The translations under genes and the position numbers were made by a program. Below the pieces are notes generated by a model that worked only from the letters and a program-made list of their open reading frames with translations, did no database searches and had not been told where the DNA came from. This document shows positions 20,246 to 29,063 of a stretch of 59,894 nucleotides of DNA, piece after piece. Location: contig JBAYLH010000007.1 in the NCBI GenBank assembly GCA_041664165.1, forward strand, positions 1-59,894, read 5' to 3'. The stretch comes from Candidatus Buchananbacteria bacterium (GTDB lineage: Bacteria > Patescibacteriota > Patescibacteriia > Buchananbacterales > UBA6539). Positions within the stretch are counted from its first letter, which is position 1. Every line of letters starts with the position of its first letter.

Positions 20246-21349
20246 TTAATGATTAAGCAAAAAATCAAAACTGCCGGAAATCATGGCATGGGCGTTCCTA
20301 ATTGCCCGGTCGCCAACTTGGCCGGCATATCGGCTGGTTATAATATCATTACCCACGGCAACCCAAGCGGCCTGGCTGCCGCCGATTCCCGCCAAAATAT
20401 CAGTTTGAAGCTGGGTAAAACCATTGAGCCCGGCTTGGCCTAAATTAAAAGCCATATCCGTCAAGACCACCTGCCGGGCTTCGGAAATTCGGCCCAAAGC
20501 ATCCCAATTCGCCTGGCCGCCGACATAATTAATTGCTGTTTGATTGGCAGCGACTAGCCTTGATTGATACAAAGCTTCGGCCTGTTGCGGCGACAGTACC
20601 GTGTTAGCATTTAAAGTGACGGTTTCGGAAGTACCGTTGGCATAAGTCAAAGTAACCTGGTCGCCCGGCGTAAACCGGCACCCGGCGCCAATCGTCCAAT
20701 TGCCGAGGTTATCCTGATAAGCGCCCAAAGAAAAATTGCCAGATCCTTCATTATTTAAAATATAAGAATAAGCATCGCCGGCATAACCGCCGGGTAAATT
20801 ATATTGCCCCGGATTGGGATAATAATCATAATCACCGATACCGGTATAACCGGGCGTAAAAATCGGACCGGTCACGCCGGGCAATTTCGCCACTTGAATC
20901 TGTTTGATTTTAATCCCCTGCAAATTAATTAATGAGGGATTAATGGTCGCTAAAATCATAAACGCAAAAAAGGCCAAAAGCAAGCCGCTCAAAGCGCTGG
21001 CGATAAATTCTTTGGCCGTGCCGACTTTATCCGGACTGCCGGCTGACATCAGCCAAACCAAGCCGCCGGCCATAATCATCACAATAGCCAAAGTCGCCGC
21101 CAAACCGATGCCGTATTTATACAAAGCCGAAATGTAATCGCCGATCCAAGGAATACAATAATTACCGCCGCAAGGCTCAATCGGTCCGAATTTAATCGGC
21201 GTATTGCCCAGCTGAAACTGAATTTTCGGTTCGCTAACCGCCCCGGAAGAATTGGGAATGGTAACGGTGTTTGAATCCGCTTTTAAACCAACGGGCAATA
21301 ATAAAAAAACTAAAAAAAATGAGAAAATAATAATCCTGAAATATTTCAT
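20246..21349 (-). CDS. VirB2/TrbC-like pilin fused to a T4-type (GH24) lysozyme domain
   Basis: Pilin segment YISALYKYGIGLAATLAIVMIMAGGLVWLMSAGSPDKVGTAKEFI; C-terminus ILNNEG...AYQDNLGNWTIGAG and RQVVLTDMAFNLGQAGLNGF...SRYAGQVGDRAIR parallel T4 lysozyme motifs. Confidence 0.85.
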   Translation of the reverse strand: MKYFRIIIFSFFLVFLLLPVGLKADSNTVTIPNSSGAVSEPKIQFQLGNTPIKFGPIEPCGGNYCIPWIGDYISALYKYGIGLAATLAIVMIMAGGLVWLMSAGSPDKVGTAKEFIASALSGLLLAFFAFMILATINPSLINLQGIKIKQIQVAKLPGVTGPIFTPGYTGIGDYDYYPNPGQYNLPGGYAGDAYSYILNNEGSGNFSLGAYQDNLGNWTIGAGCRFTPGDQVTLTYANGTSETVTLNANTVLSPQQAEALYQSRLVAANQTAINYVGGQANWDALGRISEARQVVLTDMAFNLGQAGLNGFTQLQTDILAGIGGSQAAWVAVGNDIITSRYAGQVGDRAIRNAHAMISGSFDFLLNH

Positions 21350-21429
21350 AAAAAGTAATGCTGCTCAATTTTAACTGACCTATGACCCTCGCCCGCTAAA
21401 TACTAAGTATAACTAGGCACGGAGACCCC

Positions 21430-21505
21430 ACTTCGACTCGAACGACGCGAGCCCGCTTCGCCGAATCGATTCCGAGTCGAAGCGAGGCGAGCCCGCTTCG
21501 CCGAA
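21430..21505 (-). repeat. GCGAGCCCGCTTCG repeat cluster between pilin genes
   Basis: Two cores gcgagcccgcttcgccgaa, the reverse complement of the array core at 48440/51470/59760. Confidence 0.75.
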
Positions 21506-21526
21506 ACAAAAGGTGGTTTAAAAAAA

Positions 21527-22396
21527 CTAACGCGGCCACTCCGGTACCCAGGTCCAATTAGCCCCGGCAGCTTCAACGTGAAAATGCCGCCCGGTTCCTC
21601 CCGGTTCATCCACGAAAATCGTACCGTCTCGCATTCTATATGCCCTGCCCCACGTAAGCTGAGTAAAATTTGACCCATCGGGATTTTTGATAGCATTGGT
21701 TGTTACATAGTTATAACAAGGAGCCGTCATACTCGCATCCCAGACATAACCCGAACCATGGCGGTTCTCACCGGCTCGATAGCCATCAGTCGAAGTGCAG
21801 CCTTGGTCTTGATAGAGTTGCCGCCTTTGATTTGCTTCGTCTGTTAGCTGAGTAAAATTGCCGCGAGCCGTGCCGCCGCCGGCTCCTGTCCCGGCTCCGA
21901 TTGCCGCAAATTCCGCTGAACCGCCCGAACCAAACCCGGGCGATATCACGCCCGGCAACTTCGCGACGGCGATTTGCTTTATCCTAATGGCTTCCAAGTT
22001 GGTCAGTTTCGGATTTATCGCCGTTAGCACCATAATGGCAAATAAGGCCAAAAACAATCCGCTCAAGGCGCTAGTGATAAACTCTTTGGCTTTACCGACT
22101 TTATCCGGACTGCCGGCCGACATCAGCCAAACTAACCCGCCGACCATAATCATCACAATGGCTAAAGCGGCGGCGAAACCGACGCCGTAGTTATATAAAG
22201 CGGAAATATACTGGCCAAGCCAAGGAATTGAACACTCGGAACCGGCGGTGCAACTGACCGTTTGAAAATCAATTTTAGTTGAGCCGATTATAACCTGCAT
22301 TTTAGGCGGCGTGGTCTCACCAGCGGCCAAAACTAAAACCGGCAGAAAAATTGTCAAAATTAAACTGGCTAATAAAATTTTATTTCTCTTTTTCAT
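21527..22396 (-). CDS. VirB2/TrbC-like pilin fused to a putative M15-like Zn peptidase domain
   Basis: Same pilin segment; C-terminal GYR...RHGSGYVWD and HFHVE match the H-x(3-6)-D / HxH pattern of M15/LAS peptidases. Confidence 0.75.
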   Translation of the reverse strand: MKKRNKILLASLILTIFLPVLVLAAGETTPPKMQVIIGSTKIDFQTVSCTAGSECSIPWLGQYISALYNYGVGFAAALAIVMIMVGGLVWLMSAGSPDKVGKAKEFITSALSGLFLALFAIMVLTAINPKLTNLEAIRIKQIAVAKLPGVISPGFGSGGSAEFAAIGAGTGAGGGTARGNFTQLTDEANQRRQLYQDQGCTSTDGYRAGENRHGSGYVWDASMTAPCYNYVTTNAIKNPDGSNFTQLTWGRAYRMRDGTIFVDEPGGTGRHFHVEAAGANWTWVPEWPR

Positions 22397-22508
22397 TCTC
22401 TAAAAAATTAATATTTCTGTAAAAAATCGAATAGGATAAATCACTTTTAACCAAGCTGCCAATCAATGACAACACTTACCATTTCCGCCCGCCCTAGCCG
22501 ATTAAATA

Positions 22509-23387
22509 TCACATTGAAATATTCAACCTATTTGATTGCATCATATTTTCTATATATGACAACCCGGATGACATATCCATATTATTCAAATTCTGAGCCA
22601 TATCCCTAAATAGTTGGGGGATAGGAAAAATCAAATTACCCGGTGAATACCAGTGATTAGCAAGATTTGCTTGATTTGAAGCATCAACCCAGGGTATGCC
22701 ATCATTTATCGTTCGCGCATCAATTCCCCCATAATAGTATTGCCACCGGCCATCGTAAAATCTTAAATTTAACACACTTGTTGCCGACATTCCGACACGA
22801 TTTATTTCCGGCGGCGTTTCGACATGGATAAATCTACCATTATCAAAATCAGTCGCAGAAATACGCGCATTTAGGCCATTAGTGATTCCTTCAAGCCGCG
22901 GATTTACCCCGGTAACGGTAATTCCTTTTAAATTAACCAAATTGGGATTAATCGTGGTTAAAATCATCACCGCAAAAAGCGCCAAAAGCAAACCGCTCAA
23001 AGCGCTGGCGATAAATTCTTTCGCTTTGCCGACTTTGTCCGGACTGCCGGCTGATAATAGCCAGACTAAGCCGCCGACCATAATCATCACAATAGCTAAG
23101 GCGGCGGCCAAACCGATGCCGTAGTTATATAAAACGGAAATATACTGGCCGATCCAGCTAATTTGCAAGCACTGAACGCCGTTGGCCGTGCCGTTGGGAC
23201 AATAATTCGAACCACTTTGCCAGCCGGCGTTTTCGCCCGTCCAGCCGCTAAAGCCGCCGAGATGAATTTGAACTGTCGGCACAATCGGATCAGCCGCCAA
23301 GGTCAGGTTGGCGCCAAAAATAAAAATGAAAAAAAATAGCAAAAATTTTCCCGGGAGGCTCAAATTAAAATTTATTTTTTTAGCCAC
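22509..23387 (-). CDS. VirB2/TrbC-like pilin with unrecognised C-terminal domain
   Basis: Same pilin segment (YISVLYNYGIGLAAALAIVMIMVGGLVWLLSAGSPDKVGKAKEF); AT-richer unrelated C-terminus; GTG start 3 nt after the dsbA stop. Confidence 0.75.
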   Translation of the reverse strand: MAKKINFNLSLPGKFLLFFFIFIFGANLTLAADPIVPTVQIHLGGFSGWTGENAGWQSGSNYCPNGTANGVQCLQISWIGQYISVLYNYGIGLAAALAIVMIMVGGLVWLLSAGSPDKVGKAKEFIASALSGLLLALFAVMILTTINPNLVNLKGITVTGVNPRLEGITNGLNARISATDFDNGRFIHVETPPEINRVGMSATSVLNLRFYDGRWQYYYGGIDARTINDGIPWVDASNQANLANHWYSPGNLIFPIPQLFRDMAQNLNNMDMSSGLSYIENMMQSNRLNISM

Positions 23388-23390
23388 AAA

Positions 23391-24146
23391 TTATTGGTTT
23401 AGATAAGAAGTAATCATCTGCTCAAAAACGTTAAAAGGAACCGCGCCGGAAAGCTTGAGTCCGTTGATAAAAAAAGTGGGCGTGGCGGTAACGCCTAAAT
23501 CGGCGCCAGCTTGTAAATCCTCTTCGATTTTTTTGAGATATTTGCCTTCGGCGATGCAGGTATCAAACAGCGGCATATTCAAACCAGTCTGCAGGGCATA
23601 GGTTCTCAAGTCCGGAGTTAATAATTTAGTCTGATTATCAAAAATTTTATCATACATCGGCCAAAATCCGCCTTGTTCATTGGCGCAAGCCCCGGCCATC
23701 GCCGCCATTAAGGCTTGGGGATGATTATCAACTAAGGGGAAATTGCGAAAGACAAAAAGAATCCGGTCGCCATAATCTTTTAAAAGCTTTTTAACCACGG
23801 GGTAGGCTTCTTCGCAAGCCGGACACTGAAAATCGGCAAATTCAACAATTACCACTTTAGCGTCTTTTTTGCCGAACTTGGGGTCGTCAACTCCAAAAAA
23901 GCTGGAAAAATCTTTCGGCTGGGCTGAATTGACATTGCCGAAAACCTGTTTTGGGCTGACTTCACCGCTTTTGACCAAAGTTACAACTCTGGCGGCATAA
24001 AAAATCAAAGCCGACAAAATCATCAAAAAAACCGCCGAGAAAGCCAAAATTATCCGGCCCCACCATTTCTGATACCATTTTTTTTTGGTTTTTCCGGTTT
24101 TTTGTTGGCTGGGCGGCAGATTAAAATAATCGTTTGAACTAGGCAT
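23391..24146 (-). CDS. Membrane-anchored DsbA-family thiol-disulfide oxidoreductase
   Basis: EFADFQCPAC active site, RNFPL, GVTATPTFFING (cis-Pro loop); N-terminal TM. Confidence 0.93.
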   Translation of the reverse strand: MPSSNDYFNLPPSQQKTGKTKKKWYQKWWGRIILAFSAVFLMILSALIFYAARVVTLVKSGEVSPKQVFGNVNSAQPKDFSSFFGVDDPKFGKKDAKVVIVEFADFQCPACEEAYPVVKKLLKDYGDRILFVFRNFPLVDNHPQALMAAMAGACANEQGGFWPMYDKIFDNQTKLLTPDLRTYALQTGLNMPLFDTCIAEGKYLKKIEEDLQAGADLGVTATPTFFINGLKLSGAVPFNVFEQMITSYLNQ

Positions 24147-24341
24147 AACTTTAATAATATTATATCATAAAATCAAGCAACCGATAATAACCCCAGAGAT
24201 TATGAGACATTTTCCAACCTTTGCCGAAGAAATTGAAAAAAAATATAACCGGCAAGACCAAAAATTTAATAAAAAGATGAAAATCAGCGGCAAAAGCGTT
24301 TTTGGGCTTAAAAAAATTATTATCAAAAAAGCCAAACCTAG

Positions 24342-24370
24342 TTGACAATGCCGGGCTTATCTGCTAAAAT
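24342..24370 (+). promoter_or_regulatory. Sigma70-like promoter of secG
   Basis: TTGACA-17 nt-TAAAAT with a TG extended -10. Confidence 0.7.
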
Positions 24371-24382
24371 CTATTTATTACT

Positions 24383-24592
24383 ATGATTATCGACCTCATC
24401 CAAATAATTTCCGCAATTTTACTTATAATTGCTATTCTCATCCAGAATAAAGGCACCGGCTTAGGTGCTGCTTTTGGCGGCTCCGGTAATGTTTACCGCA
24501 CCAAACGCGGTTTGGAAAAAAATCTTTTCATTGCCACCATCGTCCTAGCGGTCATTTTTTTAGCCACCGCTTTGGTTAATGTTATCTACTAA
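24383..24592 (+). CDS. secG: Preprotein translocase subunit SecG
   Basis: ILIQNKGTGLGAAFGG and RGLEK motifs, two TM helices. Confidence 0.95.
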   Translation: MIIDLIQIISAILLIIAILIQNKGTGLGAAFGGSGNVYRTKRGLEKNLFIATIVLAVIFLATALVNVIY

Positions 24593-24684
24593 ACTCTCCC
24601 CCTCAACTGAATTTTTGTCCTCGCTAAAATAAAGGGTATTACACCCTTTTTGCCTCACTCGCTCTAAAATACAAAAATATAATT

Positions 24685-26712
24685 TTGTATTTTACTCGCT
24701 CTGTTCGGCAATTAACAAAACTTTTTGTGTTAGAAAAACTTTCTCTACTCAAAAAAATCAAAAAGGAAAAACCAATTATAACGGAAAATCAGCTCTTAAA
24801 CCAAAAAACCGAACCGACGACTGGCTTGATTTCACAAAAAGACCTAGACAAAAAACTGGTTTATTCTTTGAATAGCAAAAAAATCCCCAGTCTAAAGCAG
24901 CTTAAATATCTAAGCCATGTTTTAGACCAAAAACAACTGCTGACTTTCCGGGGACTGGCGGCTTTAATTATTGCCTGCCTGATTTTTATTGCTGCCAGCT
25001 TTTATTTTCAAAATTTCCGGCCAATACCGGCTTTCGGCGGCGAATATACCGAAGGCTTAATCGGCGCCCCGCAATATATTAATCCGATTCTTTCCCAAAC
25101 CAACGACGTTGATTCCGATATTTCCCGCCTGATTTTTTCCGGCTTGATGAAATTCGACCGGGAACTTAACTTAGTGCCGGATTTGGCGGAAAAATGGGAA
25201 GTCAGCACTGACCAAAAAAATTATACTTTTGTTTTAAAAGATAATCTCAAATGGCACGACGGCGAACCGCTGACTATCGATGATGTCATTTTTACTTTTC
25301 AAAGCATCCAGGATCAGGATTTCAAAAGTCCGCTTCTAATCAGCTTGCGCGGCGTGGAAATTGAAAAAGTTGACGACAAAACCGTTAAATTTATCCTGCC
25401 CGAACCTTACTCGGCGTTTTTGGAAATAATGGCCACTGGCATTTTGCCGGAGCACCTTTGGGGTGAAATTTCGCCGATCAACGCCAACTTGACCGAGTAC
25501 AACTTAAAACCCGTCGGCAGCGGGCCCTGGAAATTCAAATCGCTAGCCAAGGATAAATTGGGAAACATCAAATCTTATGTTTTGATTCCTAGCCCGGATT
25601 ATTACGGCAAAAAGCCTTATTTAGAAAAAATCACTTTCAAATTTTATCCGGATTTCGAAACCGGAATTGCCGCTTTGAAAAGCCATTCGACTGACGGCAT
25701 CAGCTTTTTGCCGAAAGAAATGAAATCAAGCTTTACCAGCCAAAAAAACATCACTTACCATTCCTTTGATTTACCCCAATACACCGCGATTTTCTTTAAC
25801 TCAAAACAAAATGAAATTTTAAAGGATAAAAATGTCCGGCTGGCTTTGGCTTTAAGTATCGATAAATCAAAAATTTTAAGCGACTCGCTGCAGCAGGAAG
25901 GCGAAATCATCAACGGTCCTATTTTGCCTTTAAACGTCAAGCTCAGCCAAGACAAGGTAATCGGTTTTGACCCCGTCAAAGCCCAGGAAGTTCTTGACCA
26001 AAACGGCTGGATCAAAATCAATCCTTTGGATTACGATGCGTTTTTGAAAGACCAGGAAAACAAAAAAGCGGAGGCGGAAAAAAATAATACCGCCGAGTCT
26101 AGCACCACCACGCCGACAACGACCGAAGAAAATTTACCGGCGGAGCAAAAAGATCAAAATCCGCCGCCTTTCTACCGTAAAAATAAAGATGTAATTTTGG
26201 AACTGACCTTAACCACCGTCAACCAACCGGAAAATGTCAAAGACGCCGAAATAATCAGGGACTTCTGGCAGAATATCGGCGTTAAAGTTAATTTGCAAAT
26301 TTTAGACGGGGGAAAAATCATGCGCGAAATTATCAAACCGCGCAATTACGAAATCCTTTTGTTCGGCATTATCGTCGGCGCCAATTCCGACCCTTACCCA
26401 TTTTGGCATTCATCGCAGGTTTCCGATCCCGGCTTGAACTTGGCCGGCTTTGGCAATCGCGATGTTGATAAAATCCTCGAAGATGCCAAAAAAACCGATG
26501 ACCCCGACAAACAGGCTGAATTATACCAAAAGTTTGATCAAATCTTAGCCGCCGAAATTCCCGCTATCTTTTTATACAACCCGACTTATACTTACGCTTT
26601 GGATAAAAAAATCAAAGGCATTGATACCAAAAGAATTACGACTCCGTCGGATCGCTTCAATAATTTAGAAAATTGGTACATCAATACTAATAGAACCTGG
26701 CAGGGAAAATAA
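24685..26712 (+). CDS. Peptide/nickel ABC transporter substrate-binding protein (family 5), TM-anchored
   Basis: INPIL, LIFSGL, PDLAEKW, WHDGEPLTIDDVIFT and PVGSGPWKF motifs; start codon uncertain. Confidence 0.9.
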   Translation: MYFTRSVRQLTKLFVLEKLSLLKKIKKEKPIITENQLLNQKTEPTTGLISQKDLDKKLVYSLNSKKIPSLKQLKYLSHVLDQKQLLTFRGLAALIIACLIFIAASFYFQNFRPIPAFGGEYTEGLIGAPQYINPILSQTNDVDSDISRLIFSGLMKFDRELNLVPDLAEKWEVSTDQKNYTFVLKDNLKWHDGEPLTIDDVIFTFQSIQDQDFKSPLLISLRGVEIEKVDDKTVKFILPEPYSAFLEIMATGILPEHLWGEISPINANLTEYNLKPVGSGPWKFKSLAKDKLGNIKSYVLIPSPDYYGKKPYLEKITFKFYPDFETGIAALKSHSTDGISFLPKEMKSSFTSQKNITYHSFDLPQYTAIFFNSKQNEILKDKNVRLALALSIDKSKILSDSLQQEGEIINGPILPLNVKLSQDKVIGFDPVKAQEVLDQNGWIKINPLDYDAFLKDQENKKAEAEKNNTAESSTTTPTTTEENLPAEQKDQNPPPFYRKNKDVILELTLTTVNQPENVKDAEIIRDFWQNIGVKVNLQILDGGKIMREIIKPRNYEILLFGIIVGANSDPYPFWHSSQVSDPGLNLAGFGNRDVDKILEDAKKTDDPDKQAELYQKFDQILAAEIPAIFLYNPTYTYALDKKIKGIDTKRITTPSDRFNNLENWYINTNRTWQGK

Positions 26713-26755
26713 ATTCGAAATTCGAATCTCTAAGCTTAGGATTTTAAAAACTTAA

Positions 26756-26840
26756 GGGCGAGTGGCGAAACTTGGTAGACGCGCTAGCTTCAGGAGCTAG
26801 TTCCCGCAAGGGATTGGAGGTTCAAATCCTCTCTCGCCCA
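26756..26840 (+). tRNA. tRNA-Leu (anticodon CAG), CCA not encoded
   Basis: Acceptor GGGCGAG/CTCGCCC, anticodon arm CTAGC-TTCAGGA-GCTAG, long variable arm CCC-GCAA-GGG, T-arm GGAGG-TTCAAAT-CCTCT. Confidence 0.96.
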
Positions 26841-26876
26841 TCTCCCGTATCCTGCAATATAAAATGGTGCAGGGAC

Positions 26877-26987
26877 GGGGAAACCCATGAGAGTTTCCCG
26901 ACGCACGTATTATTAAAAATAATTAATGAAGTCGGGATCCCGATTGCCAACTTTAGTAGCACATCGGGACGAGTCTCCCCTTCGGCA
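26877..26987 (+). pseudogene. tRNA-Leu-like 3' fragment interrupted in the T-loop by a palindromic element
   Basis: GGGGAAACCCATGAGAGTT [26896-26969 insert] CGAGTCTCCCCTTCGGCA. Confidence 0.6.
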
Positions 26988-27015
26988 TAGACATAAGTGG
27001 CACTTTACGTCGGGA

Positions 27016-27247
27016 TTCTCGCAAGAGATTGGAGGTTTCCCGACGCACGTATTACTTATATTAATTTAAGAAGTCGGCCTGCCCGCCATTTGTCTCCTTA
27101 AATTTAAGGTTTAAAGTTTTTGGGTTATAACGCTCCAATCATTCTAATTTATAAATTGAGCAGGCATTGGCAGGCGGGGATCCCGATTTTCTAAACCATA
27201 ATTTTAAAAAATCAGGACAAATCCTCTCTTGCCCACCTTCGGCACCA
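27016..27247 (+). pseudogene. Second tRNA-Leu 3' fragment interrupted in the T-loop, plus a third 3' end with CCA
   Basis: TTCTCGCAAGAGATTGGAGGTT [27038-27217 insert] CAAATCCTCTCTTGCCCA, overlapping CCCACCTTCGGCACCA. Confidence 0.7.
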
Positions 27248-27296
27248 GACAATTCTTAAATTTAATAATTAAACAAAACTAACAAATATTTTTATT

Positions 27297-29063
27297 ATGA
27301 AAAAAACTAACAAACCAAAAGGCCGGCAATGGCACCGGCCGCTCTCCAGACAACAGTCAAAGGGAGCCAACGAATCTTATAAAATCGGCAACAAAGCCGA
27401 GGCGAAGCTTAAAATTTATGCTTTAGGGGGCCTCGAAGAAGTCGGCCGGAATATGACGGTTTTCGAATTCGGCTCCGATATTATTATCGTTGATATGGGT
27501 TCGCAATTTCCCGAAGAAGACATGCATGGCATTGATTACATTATTCCCAACGTGACTTCGCTGAAAGGCCGGGAAAAAAATATCCGCGGCGTGATTATCA
27601 CCCACGGCCATTTAGACCATATCGGCGCCGCGCCTCACCTTCTGCCGAAACTAGGCAATCCTTTGGTTATCGGGGCGCCAATGACCATTGCCTTATTGAA
27701 AAAACAGATTGAAAACCATCAGGAAAAATTTACCCCTAAGGTTTTAGAAATAAAATCGCTGAAAACCCAGGTTCAACTGGGCAAATTTAAAATCAATTTT
27801 TTCCAGGTTACCCACAGCATTAAAGATTCAATCGGCGTAATCATTCAAACGCCGGTGGCCAATGTCATCCATCCCGGCGATTGGCGGTATGATTTGGATC
27901 CGGTGGCCGGTCCGAGAACCGATTTGAGATATTTGGCTCGCTGGAATACCAAATTAGCGCCTTCGATTTTAATGATGGAAAGTTTAGGTTCAACCGAATT
28001 GGGCCATCAAGGTTCGGAAAAAGAGGTTTATAAAAATGTTGAAAATATCATCAAAAAAGCCGAAGGCCGGGTCATTTTCGGCACCTTTGCCAGCATGTTG
28101 GAACGGATCGGCCAAGTCATTGAAATTGCCCAAAATCACGGCAAAAAAGTGGCGGTTGACGGTTTCAGCATGAAAACCAACGTCGAAATCGGCAAAAAAT
28201 TCGGCTTTATTAAAGCCAGCAAAAACACTTTAATCGATATTGATAAAATTGACAGCTACCCTAAAAATAAAATTGTGGTAATTTGTACCGGTTCGCAGGG
28301 CGAAGGCCGAGCCGTGCTGAGCCGGATCGCCAACCGCGAGCACCGCTACATTAAAATTGAGCCCAAAGACACCGTGGTCTTTTCTTCTTCAGTGATTCCC
28401 GGCAATGAAAGAACAATTCAATATCTCAAAGACAGCCTGTATCGGCAGGGCGCGAATGTTATCCACAAAGAAATTATGGATGTTCACGCCGGCGGCCATG
28501 GCAAAATTGAAGACATCAAACTTTTACTCAGCCAAGTCAGGCCGGCCTGGCTAATTCCGATTTATGCCAACCATTACCTTTTGCGGGAAGCGGCTAAAGT
28601 CGCCGAAAGCATCGGTTTCAACAAACAAAAAATCTTGGTCGCTGACAACGGCCAAATCATTGAATTCGATAAAGCCGGCGGCCGGCTGACCGATAACCGC
28701 GTCCCGACCGATTACGTTTTCGTTGATGGCTTAGGCGTCGGCGATGTTTCCCACGTCGTTTTACGCGACCGCCAAGTCATGGCCGACGATGGGATGATTG
28801 TCGTCATTGCGACGATCAGTAAAGCAACCGGCACTTTGGTCCAAAATCCCGATTTGATTTCCCGCGGTTTTATCTATATGAAGGAAAACAAAAAGCTGAT
28901 TGAAGAAACCAGGATGAAAGCCAAAAAAATCTTCAAGGAAAATTTAACCGGCGGCATTGATGAAAATTATTACAAAGATAAAATCAGAAATGAAATCGGC
29001 CAATTCCTGTACCAAAAAACTCAAAGGCGACCGATGGTACTTCCAGTAATTATCCAGGTTTAG
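27297..29063 (+). CDS. rnj: Ribonuclease J
   Basis: LGGLEEVGRNM, THGHLDHIGA, VTHSI, GSQGE and HAGGH motifs. Confidence 0.97.
   Translation: MKKTNKPKGRQWHRPLSRQQSKGANESYKIGNKAEAKLKIYALGGLEEVGRNMTVFEFGSDIIIVDMGSQFPEEDMHGIDYIIPNVTSLKGREKNIRGVIITHGHLDHIGAAPHLLPKLGNPLVIGAPMTIALLKKQIENHQEKFTPKVLEIKSLKTQVQLGKFKINFFQVTHSIKDSIGVIIQTPVANVIHPGDWRYDLDPVAGPRTDLRYLARWNTKLAPSILMMESLGSTELGHQGSEKEVYKNVENIIKKAEGRVIFGTFASMLERIGQVIEIAQNHGKKVAVDGFSMKTNVEIGKKFGFIKASKNTLIDIDKIDSYPKNKIVVICTGSQGEGRAVLSRIANREHRYIKIEPKDTVVFSSSVIPGNERTIQYLKDSLYRQGANVIHKEIMDVHAGGHGKIEDIKLLLSQVRPAWLIPIYANHYLLREAAKVAESIGFNKQKILVADNGQIIEFDKAGGRLTDNRVPTDYVFVDGLGVGDVSHVVLRDRQVMADDGMIVVIATISKATGTLVQNPDLISRGFIYMKENKKLIEETRMKAKKIFKENLTGGIDENYYKDKIRNEIGQFLYQKTQRRPMVLPVIIQV

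Noticed and set aside
26772-26990. 72-aa ORF over the tRNA
   Set aside because: It overlaps tRNA-Leu and repeat DNA.
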